A stretch of 64,000 nt of DNA from Candidatus Methylomirabilota bacterium (GTDB lineage Bacteria > Methylomirabilota > Methylomirabilia > Rokubacteriales > CSP1-6), in contig DASYTI010000051.1 of NCBI GenBank assembly GCA_036002485.1, forward strand, positions 1,304-65,303. The letters run 5' to 3'. The notes below the pieces were generated by a model that did not search any database, was not told where the DNA came from, and saw only the letters and a program-made list of their open reading frames with translations. How positions within the stretch are numbered: position 1 is the stretch's first letter; every line of letters starts with the position of its first letter. The translations under genes and the position numbers were made by a program. Of the stretch, positions 19,714 through 29,434 are shown one piece after another.

Positions 19714-20283
19714 CTACGAAGGACCGCCCGCGAGGCCGATGCGGGGGGCCACCGCGGTCAAGGCGGAGATGACGAAGGCGATGTGCTCGTCGAGGTCGAC
19801 GCCCAGCTCCTCCGCGCCGCGATAGACGTCCTGCCGATTGACCGTGCGCGCGAAGCCCTTGTCCTTGAGCTTCTTCCTGACCGAGCCCGGCTCGAGGCCG
19901 GCAATGACCCTCCCCGGGCGGACGAGAGCGCAGGCCGTGATGAAGCCCGAGAGCTCGTCACACGCGTAGAGGCCCCGCTCGAGGAGCGAGAGGCGGGGGT
20001 AGCCGGAGTAGTCGGCATGGGCCAGGATGGCGCGCACGATCTCGGGAGCCGCCCCTCTCGCGAGCAGGATCTCGGCGCCCTTCATGGGATGCTGGGGAGC
20101 CGCCGGATGCATCTCGTAGTCGAAATCGTGGAGCATGCCCGCCACGCCCCAGGCCTCCACGTCCTCGGCATAACGGGTGGCATACGCGCGCATGGCCGCC
20201 TCGACGGCCAAGGCATGCTTGCGGAGATTGTCCGACGGGGTGAACTCGGTGAGGAGCAACCACGCGGCGGCGCGATCCAGCAT
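19714..20283 (-). CDS. HD/HDIG domain metal-dependent phosphohydrolase
   Basis: About 190 aa from ATG 20283; H...HD...H...D motif arrangement (AGMLHDFDYEMH). Confidence 0.65.
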   Translation of the reverse strand: MLDRAAAWLLLTEFTPSDNLRKHALAVEAAMRAYATRYAEDVEAWGVAGMLHDFDYEMHPAAPQHPMKGAEILLARGAAPEIVRAILAHADYSGYPRLSLLERGLYACDELSGFITACALVRPGRVIAGLEPGSVRKKLKDKGFARTVNRQDVYRGAEELGVDLDEHIAFVISALTAVAPRIGLAGGPS

Positions 20284-20326
20284 ACCCGCGTGCGTGTCCG
20301 ACACTCGGCCCGGCGCGGCCCGCGCC

Positions 20327-20494
20327 TTACGGCGACCCGGCCGCCCCGCTCCGGGCGCGCCACTTGTCCACCGACTTCTTCGAGAACAGCCACTGCCCGT
20401 CTTGCTCGAGGGCCGGGATGCGCCGCTCCACGGCCAGGCGCTCGAGGGTGGCGGCATCCATGGACAGATAGGTCGAGGCTTCGGCCACCGTCAT
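20327..20494 (-). CDS. small helix-turn-helix DNA-binding protein (excisionase/MerR-like HTH_17)
   Basis: 55 aa MTVAEASTYLSMDAATLERLAVERRIPALEQDGQWLFSKKSVDKWRAR, typical HTH_17. Confidence 0.55.
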   Translation of the reverse strand: MTVAEASTYLSMDAATLERLAVERRIPALEQDGQWLFSKKSVDKWRARSGAAGSP

Positions 20495-20508
20495 CGTGTC
20501 TTTGGGAA

Positions 20509-21168
20509 TCACGTGCGCGAGGTCTCCTTGAGTGCCTGCCTGAGCGACTCGATCTCGGCCTCGAGGGCGTGGATGCGCTCCACCATCTGCTCGAGGGTGC
20601 GGGCCAATGGGTCCGGCAGGTCGCTCTGATTCAGGTCGATGCCGGATCGGGCCCCGTCCCGGAATGTTACGCGTCCCGGCACCCCGACCACAACCGAGTT
20701 CTCGGGCACCTCCCGCACCACGACGGAGCCGGCTCCGATCCGGCTTCCCTTGCCGATGCGGAACCCGCCGATGATCTTGGCGCCCGCGCCCACCACCACG
20801 TTGTCGCCGAGGGTGGGGTGGCGCTTCTCGCGCTTGGTGCTCGTGCCCCCCAGCGTCACCCCCTGCAGGATCGACACGTTCTCTCCCACCTCCGCCGTCT
20901 CGCCGATGACCACCCCCATGCCGTGGTCGATGAAGAGCCCGGGCCCGAGGACGGCCGCGGGGTGAACCTCCACCCCGGTCAAGAAGCGACTGACGTGGGA
21001 GAGGAAGCGCGCCGGCGTGTGCCACCCGGCCTTCCAGAGGGGATGCGCGAGGCGGTGGAACCAGATGGCATGCACGCCGGGACAGCAGAGCACGACCTCC
21101 AGCGGCGACCGCGCCGCGGGATCGCGCTCCAGCACCGTCCGGACGTCACGCCGCATCTGCTCGAACAT
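20509..21168 (-). CDS. cysE: serine O-acetyltransferase
   Basis: 219 aa; hexapeptide-repeat left-handed beta-helix ([28 protein letters not shown]) plus SAT N-terminal domain. Confidence 0.9.
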   Translation of the reverse strand: MFEQMRRDVRTVLERDPAARSPLEVVLCCPGVHAIWFHRLAHPLWKAGWHTPARFLSHVSRFLTGVEVHPAAVLGPGLFIDHGMGVVIGETAEVGENVSILQGVTLGGTSTKREKRHPTLGDNVVVGAGAKIIGGFRIGKGSRIGAGSVVVREVPENSVVVGVPGRVTFRDGARSGIDLNQSDLPDPLARTLEQMVERIHALEAEIESLRQALKETSRT

Positions 21169-21179
21169 GGAAAGCCTCC

Positions 21180-21557
21180 CTATCTCCGGCCGTTCCGGGC
21201 CAGGGCATCGCGTGCCGCCGCGCGCAGGGCCCCCGCCACCACCAGGGCGGCGTGGCGCCGCTCGGGCGGCAGTCCTCCCACGGCGGCCTCGATCCGCGCC
21301 GGCGGCACCGTGGCGAGATCTTCAAGGGTGAAACCCGCGGCTATTTCGGTGCCGGCGCTACACGCGGCGAGCGTCGGCCCGCATCCATAAGCCTGGAACC
21401 GCGCTTCTTCCACCCGGCCGTCGCGCACCCGCAGGTAGAAGCGCGCCAGGTCCATGCATTCCGTGAACTCCTCCTCGCCCACCCCGTCGGGCTCCCGCAT
21501 GACGCCCGCGTTCCGCGGGTTGCGGAAGTGATCGATGAGGGTCGGACTGTATTGCAC
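21180..21557 (-). CDS. NifU/IscU-like Fe-S scaffold N-terminal-domain paralog (degenerate: 2 of 3 Cys, LPPER instead of LPPVK)
   Basis: About 125 aa from GTG 21557 ([18 protein letters not shown]); CMD and GCGP Cys motifs align with IscU, but the third Cys is Ala (RHAAL). Start uncertain. Confidence 0.6.
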   Translation of the reverse strand: MQYSPTLIDHFRNPRNAGVMREPDGVGEEEFTECMDLARFYLRVRDGRVEEARFQAYGCGPTLAACSAGTEIAAGFTLEDLATVPPARIEAAVGGLPPERRHAALVVAGALRAAARDALARNGRR

Positions 21558-21673
21558 TAGCCGATCGAAGGGGGCCTCGACGGCCCCCTCCGAGCCTCCC
21601 CCAGCATGGGGTTGCGCCGGCGAAGCCGGCGCTCGAAAGAACGAAGTTGCGAACCCACGTCTTGGACAGCCTC

Positions 21674-22837
21674 CTAGGGGCGGCCGGCCCCGACGGGCGA
21701 CTGGGTGCGGAGCTTGGCCACGAGGGGGACGACGGACTCGATCACGTAGTCGATGTCCTCGGCCGAGGTGGCGTGGCCCAGCGACGAGCGCACCGAGCCC
21801 ATGGCCCAGTCGAGCGGGATGCCCATGGCCACGAGCACGTAGGAGGGCTCGACATTGCCCGAGGTGCAGGCGGAGCCCGCGGAGACGCCGATCCCCTTGA
21901 GGTCGAGGCCGAGCACGATGGACTCCGACTCGACATTGCGGAAGCACAGATTGCACGTGCCCGGCAACCGCTCGGTGGGATGTCCGTTCAGGCGCACCTC
22001 TTCCACGCGCCCCCGCACGCCGTCCCACAAGCGGTCGCGGAGCGCGGTCAGGCGCACCGCCTCCTCCGCCATCTCGCGGGCGCGGATCTCCACGGCCTTG
22101 CCGAGGCCGACGATGCCCGCGACGTTCTCGGTGCCCGCGCGGCGCCGGCGCTCGTGCTCGCCCCCGTGCTGGATGGAGGCCATCTTGGTGCCTTTCCGGA
22201 TGTAGAGCCCCGCCACTCCCTTGGGTCCATAGATCTTATGTCCCGAGAAGGACAGCAGGTCGATCCCGAAGGCATCCACGTCGATGGGCACCTTGCCGAA
22301 GATCTGGACGCCGTCCACGTGCAGGGGCACCCCTGCCTCACGGGTGATGCGTCCGATCTCGCGGATGGGCTGGAGAGTACCGACCTCCGAGTTCGCGCCC
22401 ATGAGGGACACCACGATGGTGTCCGGCCGCAGCGCCGCGCGGACATCAGCGGGGCTGACCATGCCGTGGCCATCCACGGGCAGATAGGTGGCGGTGAATC
22501 CGTCCTGCTCGAGGGCCTGCACCGTGCGCAGGACCGCATGATGCTCGATCTGCGAAGTGATGATGTGGCCCGACCGCCGCGCGGCGGCCACGCCCTTGAT
22601 GCCCAGGTTGTCGGACTCCGTGCCGCCCGAGGTGATGACGATCTCGTCCTTCGACACCTTGAGGAAGGCGGCGATCTGCTCGCGGCCCGCCTCCATGCCG
22701 TCGCGGGCCTCGCGGCCGAAGCCGTGGACGCTCGAGGGATTGCCGAAGCGCTCGCTGAAATAGGGCAGCATGGCCTGGAGCACCTCGGGATGCACCGGCG
22801 TGGATGCGTTGTGATCGAGATAGACTCGGCGATTCAT
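21674..22837 (-). CDS. nifS: NifS-like class I cysteine desulfurase
   Basis: 387 aa; PLP Lys (SFSGHKIYGPKG) and active-site SAGSACTSG. Confidence 0.9.
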   Translation of the reverse strand: MNRRVYLDHNASTPVHPEVLQAMLPYFSERFGNPSSVHGFGREARDGMEAGREQIAAFLKVSKDEIVITSGGTESDNLGIKGVAAARRSGHIITSQIEHHAVLRTVQALEQDGFTATYLPVDGHGMVSPADVRAALRPDTIVVSLMGANSEVGTLQPIREIGRITREAGVPLHVDGVQIFGKVPIDVDAFGIDLLSFSGHKIYGPKGVAGLYIRKGTKMASIQHGGEHERRRRAGTENVAGIVGLGKAVEIRAREMAEEAVRLTALRDRLWDGVRGRVEEVRLNGHPTERLPGTCNLCFRNVESESIVLGLDLKGIGVSAGSACTSGNVEPSYVLVAMGIPLDWAMGSVRSSLGHATSAEDIDYVIESVVPLVAKLRTQSPVGAGRP

Positions 22838-22875
22838 TGACGCTCCTCTCTCTGGGTGCTACGCTCGGCCCCGCG

Positions 22876-23193
22876 ATGAACCTGGCGAAGCGCAAGCTTG
22901 GACTCATGGTCTCCACGGCGCCCGAGCATCCGAATCTCGACACCGCCCTGGGGCTCGGCCGCGCCGCCCTCGACCGCGGCGCCGAGGTGTACCTCTACCT
23001 CATCGACGACGGCGTGGTCGGCGTGGAGGACGCTCGCGTGCAGGACCTGGCCGAGCGCGGCGCCAAGCTGTTCGTCTGCGCGTACGGCTGCCAGAAGCGC
23101 CGGCGGCCGCTTTCCGACAAAGCCACCAACTGCGGTCTGGTGGTCCTCGCCGACATCGTCAACGCGACCGATCGCTTTCTCGCCTTCAACTAG
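22876..23193 (+). CDS. DsrE/TusD-like sulfur-relay protein
   Basis: 105 aa from ATG 22876; conserved Cys context LFVCAYGCQKRR aligns with the TusD Cys78 region (NICVAAALRRG). Confidence 0.6.
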   Translation: MNLAKRKLGLMVSTAPEHPNLDTALGLGRAALDRGAEVYLYLIDDGVVGVEDARVQDLAERGAKLFVCAYGCQKRRRPLSDKATNCGLVVLADIVNATDRFLAFN

Positions 23194-23194
23194 C

Positions 23195-23551
23195 GTGGCG
23201 GCCCGCCACCCCGTTCTCGTCCTGATCTCGGAGGATCCGCGCGTCTCCCACCGCGCGAACGAGGCCATGCGCATCGCCCTCGGCCTGGTGGCGGGCGAGA
23301 CCCCGGTGGACATCGTGCTCACGGGCCCCGCCGTCCATCTGCTCGACGAAGACACGGATGACCTCGTGGACGGCGATGACATCGCCAAGTTCCGCGCCTC
23401 GCTGAAAAAGCTCGGCATCCCCTTCCTCGTGGAAGCGGGGGCGGCGCCCGCTGATCCGTCCTGGAACGCCCACGGACACCCCGTGGCGCCCATCACGACC
23501 GAAGGCATCGCCGCGCTCGTGCCCAAGGCCGAGCGCTTTCTTGTCTTCTGA
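23195..23551 (+). CDS. DsrF/TusC-like sulfur-relay protein
   Basis: 118 aa; GTG 23195 lies 1 nt after the upstream TAG (coupled); DsrE/F-fold similarity. Confidence 0.5.
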   Translation: MAARHPVLVLISEDPRVSHRANEAMRIALGLVAGETPVDIVLTGPAVHLLDEDTDDLVDGDDIAKFRASLKKLGIPFLVEAGAAPADPSWNAHGHPVAPITTEGIAALVPKAERFLVF

Positions 23552-23775
23552 TGCCCCGCTTCCTTCATCTCATCAAGCGGGACTCCCTGCCCCTGGCCCC
23601 CGCCCTCGTGGCGCGGCAGCTTCAGGAGCCCGGCGCGGAGGTCACCGTGGTGCTCCTCGACGGCGCCGCTCCCGCCCTGCCCGCGGGGGTGGCCGTCAAG
23701 CGTCTGGGCGCCGACCTCGATCACGATGCGCTCCTGGATCTGATCTTCGCGAGCGATCACGTGGTCACCTGGTAG
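23551..23775 (+). CDS. DsrH/TusB-like small protein
   Basis: 74 aa; ATG overlaps the upstream TGA (TGATG); third member of a coupled trio. Weak similarity, assigned mainly by position and size. Confidence 0.4.
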   Translation: MPRFLHLIKRDSLPLAPALVARQLQEPGAEVTVVLLDGAAPALPAGVAVKRLGADLDHDALLDLIFASDHVVTW

Positions 23776-23806
23776 CTCGCGCGGCGGCGAGAGGCCGACG
23801 TGGGCA

Positions 23807-24013
23807 TCATCTGTCCTGGTACTCTTCGTGCCACTTCATCTGAATCTTCTCGAGGACGCCCTCGTTGGAGGCCTTGGGGTCATCGCGGAATCCCGCAAGG
23901 GCCACCACCCACTTGTGCAGGTCGGTGAAGCGCACGGTGAGCGGGTCCACGTCGGGGTGCTCGTCCATGAGGGCGAGCGCGATGTCCTCGGCATCCTTCC
24001 AGGTCATGGCCAT
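23807..24013 (-). CDS. iscX: Fe-S assembly protein IscX (YfhJ)
   Basis: 68 aa; DVDPLTVRFTDLHKWVVALAGFRDDPKASNEGVLEKI is a near-perfect IscX match. Confidence 0.9.
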   Translation of the reverse strand: MAMTWKDAEDIALALMDEHPDVDPLTVRFTDLHKWVVALAGFRDDPKASNEGVLEKIQMKWHEEYQDR

Positions 24014-24026
24014 CTCCGAATCTCCA

Positions 24027-24350
24027 TCATTTGGGAATCTCGACCACGACGTCGCCGCGCACCACGGCCTGGCAGCCGAGGCGGGAGTGCAGGGTCAGCC
24101 CCTCGGCGGTGTCGAGACGGTCCTCCTCGTCCAGCTCCATCGTCGAGAGGTTCTCCTCGCCTTCCCGCACCACGACGTGACAGGTCGTGCAGGCGCAGCT
24201 GCCCCCGCAGTTGTGCTCGAGCTTGATGTTGTTGGCGAGCGCGATATCCAGGAGCGAGCCCGGCTTCCCGTGGTCGGCCAGCGGATACTTGCTCTCGTCG
24301 ACCTCCACCGTCACGTTGAGGGGCAGGAAGGTGACCTTGTGGGTTGCCAT
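24027..24350 (-). CDS. fdx: ISC-type [2Fe-2S] ferredoxin
   Basis: 107 aa; CGGSCACTTCHV...C cluster motif; ATG overlaps hscA stop (TGATG). Confidence 0.9.
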   Translation of the reverse strand: MATHKVTFLPLNVTVEVDESKYPLADHGKPGSLLDIALANNIKLEHNCGGSCACTTCHVVVREGEENLSTMELDEEDRLDTAEGLTLHSRLGCQAVVRGDVVVEIPK

Positions 24351-26179
24351 CACGGCCCCTTCAAGATCTGGTCGGCCCGCCGGGACGTCACGGCCTCCTT
24401 GAGGGCCGCCTCCAGCATGATCTGCGCCAGGGGCTCGGTGGCCCGGTTCAGTGCGGTGGTGCGCTCCCGGATCGCGTCGCGGTCCGTGCCCGCCTCCACG
24501 GCGCGAAGCACGTCGATGGCCTCGCTGATCCGCCGCCGCTCCTCGGCGCCCACGAGGTGGCCGCCCTGGGCGAGGGCCCGCCGCACATGGTTCATGACCG
24601 TCTCGGCTTCCGTCCTCGTCTCGATGAGCAGCCGCGCATTGACGTCAGCCTCCGCGTGGGTAAAGGAGTCTTCCACCATCTGGGCGACCTCGGCCTCGCT
24701 GAGCCCGTAGGTCGGCTTGACCTCGATGGCGGCCGCCTTGCCCGTGCGCTGCTCCCGGGCTTGAACCTGCAGCATGCCGTTCGCGTCGATGAGGAAGGTG
24801 ACCTCGATCTTGGGCATGCCCGCGGGCATGGGATCGATGCCGGAGAGGTCGAAGCGCGCCAGGGAGCGGTTGTCCTTGGCGAGCTCCCGCTCCCCCTGCA
24901 GCACGTGCATGTCGACGGCCGTCTGTCCATCCACCGAGGTCGTGAAGTACTCCTTGGCCATGGTGGGGATCGTGGTGTTGCGCGAGATCAGCACGCTCAC
25001 GATGCCGCCCAGCGTCTCGATGCCCAGGGAGAGGGGCGTGACGTCGAGGAGGAGCATGTCCGTGATGCCGCCCGCCAGGATCTGTGCCTGGATGGCAGCG
25101 CCCAGGGCCACCACCTCGTCGGGATTGAGCTGGCTGTGCGGTGTCTTGCCGAAGAGCTCTTCCACGCGGCGGCGCACCAGCGGTACCCGCGTCGAGCCGC
25201 CCACGAGCACGATCTCGCTCACCTGGTCGGGCGTGAGCCCCGCGTCCTTGAGGGCCAGGCGGCACGGACCGAGCGTCTGGTCCACGAGCGGCGCGATCAA
25301 GCGCTCGAGCTCCCCGCGCGTGATCTCGCGCCGGTACGTGAAGCGCTCGAACGGGATGGTGAGGGTGGTCCGCTCGTCGGCGGACAGGCGGCACTTGGCC
25401 GCCTCCGCCCCCAGACGGAGCTCCTGCACGGCCTCGGGATCGCTCGAGAGGTCCTCGCCGTGGGCCGCCTTGATGTCCGCGAGCAGCCAGTCGACCACGG
25501 CGCGGTCGAAGTCATCGCCGCCGAGATGCGTATTGCCATTGGTGGCCAGGACCTCGAACACCCCGTCCTTGACGCGCAGGATGGAGATGTCGAAGGTGCC
25601 GCCGCCCAGATCGTAGACCGCGATCAAGCCCTGGGCGAGCTTTTGCAGGCCATAGGCGAGCGAGGCCGCGGTGGGCTCATTGACGATGCGAAGCGCCTCC
25701 AGCCCCGCGATGCGCGAGGCGTCCTTGGTCGCCTGGCGCTGGGCATCGTTGAAGTACGCGGGCACGGTGATCACCGCCCGGTCCACCGGCTCGCCGAAAT
25801 GCGCCTCGGCCTGCTGCTTCAGCGTGCGGAGGATCTGGGCCGAGACTTCGGGCGGCGTCACCTCGCGGTCGCCCACGCGGATGCGCACCATCTCGTCGCT
25901 CGCCACGATCTGGAAGGGCACGTGGCGCATCTCGTCCCGGACATCGTCCCCGCCACGGCCCATGAAGCGCTTGATCGAGTAGATGGTCCGCCCGGGATTG
26001 CGGGCGAGCTGCCGCCGCGCGGCCTCGCCGATCACGATCCCGGCCGGCGTGTAGGCGACCACGGAGGGCAGAAGCCGGCGCCCCTCCGCGTCCGGGATGA
26101 CCCGCGGGACCCCGGCCGCGTCCACGTAGGCGACCAGGCTATTGGTGGTGCCGAGGTCAATGCCGACGATGCGCGACAT
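24350..26179 (-). CDS. hscA: Fe-S cluster assembly chaperone HscA (Hsp70 family)
   Basis: 609 aa; [11 protein letters not shown]-terminus and DnaK-like ATPase and substrate domains. Confidence 0.95.
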   Translation of the reverse strand: MSRIVGIDLGTTNSLVAYVDAAGVPRVIPDAEGRRLLPSVVAYTPAGIVIGEAARRQLARNPGRTIYSIKRFMGRGGDDVRDEMRHVPFQIVASDEMVRIRVGDREVTPPEVSAQILRTLKQQAEAHFGEPVDRAVITVPAYFNDAQRQATKDASRIAGLEALRIVNEPTAASLAYGLQKLAQGLIAVYDLGGGTFDISILRVKDGVFEVLATNGNTHLGGDDFDRAVVDWLLADIKAAHGEDLSSDPEAVQELRLGAEAAKCRLSADERTTLTIPFERFTYRREITRGELERLIAPLVDQTLGPCRLALKDAGLTPDQVSEIVLVGGSTRVPLVRRRVEELFGKTPHSQLNPDEVVALGAAIQAQILAGGITDMLLLDVTPLSLGIETLGGIVSVLISRNTTIPTMAKEYFTTSVDGQTAVDMHVLQGERELAKDNRSLARFDLSGIDPMPAGMPKIEVTFLIDANGMLQVQAREQRTGKAAAIEVKPTYGLSEAEVAQMVEDSFTHAEADVNARLLIETRTEAETVMNHVRRALAQGGHLVGAEERRRISEAIDVLRAVEAGTDRDAIRERTTALNRATEPLAQIMLEAALKEAVTSRRADQILKGP

Positions 26180-26753
26180 GCGTCTCTACGTCCTCTCCCA
26201 AGGCCTGGCTCAAGTCGTCGATCACCGTGCGCAGGTAGGCCCGCGCGGCCAGGCGCTGCTTGAACCGATCGAGGAGGGGCGCGCGCTCAGCCAGGCGCTC
26301 CACGGCGTCGTCCCACTCCGCCGCCCCGTCGATCACCGCCGTCTCCTCCGCCCGCCGGCGAGCCTCGAGGCGCTCCCGTTCCGCCCTCAGGCGGGCGGAC
26401 GTCTCTGCCGTCAGCCTTGCGGACTTGGCTTCCTCGAGCGCCTCCTGCACCTCGAGCATCTCCTCGAGGAGGTCCGTGGGCGGCCTGGGCTTGGCCGAGG
26501 TCTCCTCGCGGATCTCCCGTCCTTCTTCGAGGGCGATCAGGTACTCCACGCGGGAGATCGGATCGCGGAGTGTCCGGTAGGCGCGGTTGACCAGGGCCGA
26601 GGCCTCGAGCGCGGTGGCCTGCGCCTCGGCGCCCGCCGTCTGATGAAAGTCCGGGTGGTGGCGCCGCGAGAGGTCATAGAAGCGCCGCTGGAGCTCTTGG
26701 AGATCCAGCGAGAGCTTGCGCGGCAGTCCGAACACCTCGAAGTAATCGGTCAC
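26157..26753 (-). CDS. hscB: J-type co-chaperone HscB
   Basis: 198 aa from GTG 26753 (VTDYFEVFGLP...HPD) after GGAG; the listed ORF runs far upstream in frame. Confidence 0.8.
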   Translation of the reverse strand: MTDYFEVFGLPRKLSLDLQELQRRFYDLSRRHHPDFHQTAGAEAQATALEASALVNRAYRTLRDPISRVEYLIALEEGREIREETSAKPRPPTDLLEEMLEVQEALEEAKSARLTAETSARLRAERERLEARRRAEETAVIDGAAEWDDAVERLAERAPLLDRFKQRLAARAYLRTVIDDLSQALGEDVETHVAHRRH

Positions 26754-26848
26754 GTCACGACGTCTCCATAAAATACGAACGGGCCCGCCGGGGCCCGTTC
26801 TGGTTCGCTCCGCTCGGTCCGTGCCCCGGCTATGCCACGGTCCCGGCC

Positions 26849-27175
26849 TTATGCCGAAAACGAGGTTCCACAGCCACAGCTCGATTTGGCCTGGGGGTTG
26901 ATGAAGGTGAACCCCCCCTGCAGCCCTTCCGTGACGTAGTCGAGGGTGACGCCGTTCAGATAGAGGTAGCTCTTCGCGTCGCAGACCATCTGGACGCCGT
27001 CGACGTCGAACTTCTTGTCGTGGGGGCCGAGCTCGGAGTCGAATTCCAGCGAATACGACAGCCCCGAGCAGCCCCCGCCCTTGACCCCCAGGCGCAGGAA
27101 GACCCCGTGGAGGTTCTGGTCCTCCAGGAGCTTCTTGACCTGATTGCTCGCCTTCTCCGTCAGTGCCAGCGCCAT
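26849..27175 (-). CDS. iscA: A-type Fe-S carrier IscA/HesB
   Basis: 108 aa; C-terminal SCGCGTSF motif. Confidence 0.9.
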   Translation of the reverse strand: MALALTEKASNQVKKLLEDQNLHGVFLRLGVKGGGCSGLSYSLEFDSELGPHDKKFDVDGVQMVCDAKSYLYLNGVTLDYVTEGLQGGFTFINPQAKSSCGCGTSFSA

Positions 27176-27190
27176 CAGTCCCTGTCCTCC

Positions 27191-27613
27191 TTACTCTTTC
27201 GATGCCGCGCCCGGGCCCTCGGCTTCCGCCTTGCTCCACTTCTCCTTGTAGTCGTGGAGCGCCGCCTTGATGGCGTCCTCCGCGAGCACGGAGCAGTGGA
27301 TCTTCACCGGGGGCAGCTTGAGCTCGTTGACGATATCGGTGTTCTTGATCTTGGCGGCATCGTCCACCGTGCGTCCCTTGAGCCACTCCGTGGCCAGGCT
27401 CGACGAGGCGATGGCGGAGCCGCAGCCGAAGGTCTTGAACTTCGCGTCCTCGATGACTCCCGTCTCGAGGTTGACCCTGATCTGGAGCTTCATGACGTCG
27501 CCGCACTCCGGCGCCCCCACCAGCCCCGTGCCCACGCCCGGCGTGTCCTTCGTAAAGGACCCGACATTGCGCGGGTTGTTGTAATGGTCCACTACCTTGT
27601 CGCTATAGGCCAT
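27191..27613 (-). CDS. iscU: Fe-S cluster scaffold IscU
   Basis: 140 aa; canonical MAYSDKVVDHYNNPRNVG, GAPECGDVMKLQIRV, FGCGSAIASSS and LPPVKIHCS motifs. Confidence 0.95.
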   Translation of the reverse strand: MAYSDKVVDHYNNPRNVGSFTKDTPGVGTGLVGAPECGDVMKLQIRVNLETGVIEDAKFKTFGCGSAIASSSLATEWLKGRTVDDAAKIKNTDIVNELKLPPVKIHCSVLAEDAIKAALHDYKEKWSKAEAEGPGAASKE

Positions 27614-27648
27614 GTCGCACCATGCCTTCTGGCACCTGGACGGCGCCG

Positions 27649-28875
27649 CTATTCACCCTTCCACTGGATGGTCTTGAGATCCACGCCTTCCTTGGCGAGC
27701 TCGTAGAGCGGGGACATCTCGCGGAGGCGCTGCACGACCTCTACCGAGCGCCGGCCCACGAAGTCCACCTCTTCCTCGGTCGAGAAGCGGTGAAGCCCGA
27801 ACCGGATCGAGGAGTGGGCCAGCTCGGAGTCGACGCCGAGGGCCGCGATGACATAAGAGGGCTCGAGGGTCGACGACGTGCACGCCGAGCCCGATGACAG
27901 CGCGGACTCCTTGTTGAGCCCCATGAGCACCGACTCGCCTTCGACATAGGCGAAGGAGATGTTCAGGTTGTGAGGCAGCCGCTGGGTCGGGTGGCCGTTG
28001 ACATAGGCCTCGTCCACTTTCGAGAGGATGAGATCCTGCAGCCGGTCGCGCAACGCCCCCAGCCGCTTGCCTTCCTCGTCCATGACCTCGCGGCAGATCT
28101 CCGCGGCCTGGCCGAACCCGACGGCCAGGGGTACCGGCACCGTACCGGAGCGCATGCCGCGCTCGTGCCCGCCCCCGTCCATCATGGCCGCCACCCGCAC
28201 CCGGGGACCCTTGCGGCGCACGTAGAGGCAGCCCACGCCCTTCGGCCCGTACATCAGGTGGGCGGTGGCCGAGAGGAGGTCGATGCCCATTGCTTCCACG
28301 TTCACAGGCACCTTGCCCGCGGCCTGGGTCGCGTCGGTGTGGAAGATGATGCCGCGCTCCTTGGCCAGCTTGCCGATCTCGGCGATGGGCTGGATGGTCC
28401 CGATCTCGTTGTTCGCGAACATCACGGAGATCAGGATGGTCTTCTCGGTGATGGCCGCCTTGAGGGCCTCCACGTCCACCAGGCCTTCCCGTCCCACGGG
28501 CAGATACGTCACCTCGAAGCCCTGGCGCTCCAGGCGCTTGCAGACGTCGAGGCTGGCCCGCTGCTCGATGGTCGTGGTGAGGATGTGATTGCCCTTCTCG
28601 CGATACATCTCCGCCACGCCCTTGAGGGCGAGGTTGATGGACTCCGTCCCCCCGGAGGTGAAGACGACTTCCTTCGGATCGCGCGCGCCGATGAGGGTGG
28701 CGATCTGCTCTCGCGCCTTGTCCACCCCGGCTTCCGCCTCCCACCCGAAGGGATGGTTACGGCTGGCCGGGTGGCCGAACTTCTCCGTGAAGTAGGGCAG
28801 CATGGCCTCGAGCACCCGCGGATCCATCGGGGTCGTGGACTGGCTGTCCATGAAGATGGGAAGCTTGAGCGGCAT
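27649..28875 (-). CDS. iscS: cysteine desulfurase IscS
   Basis: 408 aa; IscS-type N-terminus (MPYFTEKFGHPASRNH), SGSACTS active site. Confidence 0.95.
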   Translation of the reverse strand: MPLKLPIFMDSQSTTPMDPRVLEAMLPYFTEKFGHPASRNHPFGWEAEAGVDKAREQIATLIGARDPKEVVFTSGGTESINLALKGVAEMYREKGNHILTTTIEQRASLDVCKRLERQGFEVTYLPVGREGLVDVEALKAAITEKTILISVMFANNEIGTIQPIAEIGKLAKERGIIFHTDATQAAGKVPVNVEAMGIDLLSATAHLMYGPKGVGCLYVRRKGPRVRVAAMMDGGGHERGMRSGTVPVPLAVGFGQAAEICREVMDEEGKRLGALRDRLQDLILSKVDEAYVNGHPTQRLPHNLNISFAYVEGESVLMGLNKESALSSGSACTSSTLEPSYVIAALGVDSELAHSSIRFGLHRFSTEEEVDFVGRRSVEVVQRLREMSPLYELAKEGVDLKTIQWKGE

Positions 28876-28885
28876 CGTCTCTCTC

Positions 28886-29362
28886 CTACCTCGTGGAGAC
28901 CAGCTCGTCCACTGGCACTCCGACTGGCACTCCTACTGGCACTGCTACCGGCCCCACGGGGTCCGCGGCAAGCTCGGCGAGCGTCATGGTGTCGAGCAGT
29001 CGGCTGATGCTGGTCTGGATTTTCTGAACCGGCCGACGCAGATTGCAGCGCGAATACTGCGGACAATCGTCTCCGTCGGTCATGCAGCTCACGATCTTGA
29101 TCGGACCCTCGAGGGCCCGCACCACCTGCCCCACGGTGATCGCGTCGGGGCGGCGCGTGAGCTCATAGCCGCCCTTCGGGCCGTTATGGGCCGTGATGAG
29201 CCGGCTCTTGGCCAGCCGCTGCAGGATCTTGGCGAGGAGCTCCGCGGGAATGTGGAACTCTTCGGCGATGCGCTTGGTGTTCACGGCTCCCTCATCGCCG
29301 TGGGCGGCGATGTAGTGCATGGCCATCAGCCCATAGTCTGCTCGCTTCGTGAACCTCAGCAT
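28886..29362 (-). CDS. iscR: Rrf2-family transcriptional regulator IscR
   Basis: 158 aa; Rrf2 HTH plus three-Cys cluster motif (SCMTDGDDCPQYSRC). Confidence 0.9.
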   Translation of the reverse strand: MLRFTKRADYGLMAMHYIAAHGDEGAVNTKRIAEEFHIPAELLAKILQRLAKSRLITAHNGPKGGYELTRRPDAITVGQVVRALEGPIKIVSCMTDGDDCPQYSRCNLRRPVQKIQTSISRLLDTMTLAELAADPVGPVAVPVGVPVGVPVDELVSTR

Positions 29363-29387
29363 TCTGGCTCTACCCTCTCGGTCATCT

Positions 29388-29434
29388 CGAGTCTATATCC
29401 GACCAAACTCATCTCCGACCTTTATAGTCGGAGT
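29388..29434. promoter_or_regulatory. candidate IscR operator(s) in the iscR promoter
   Basis: Two palindrome-like elements (GAGTCTATATCCGAC and CCGACCTTTATAGTCGG) in a locally AT-richer stretch; they resemble the type-1 IscR box ATASYYGACTRwwwYAGTCRRSTAT. Confidence 0.45.
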
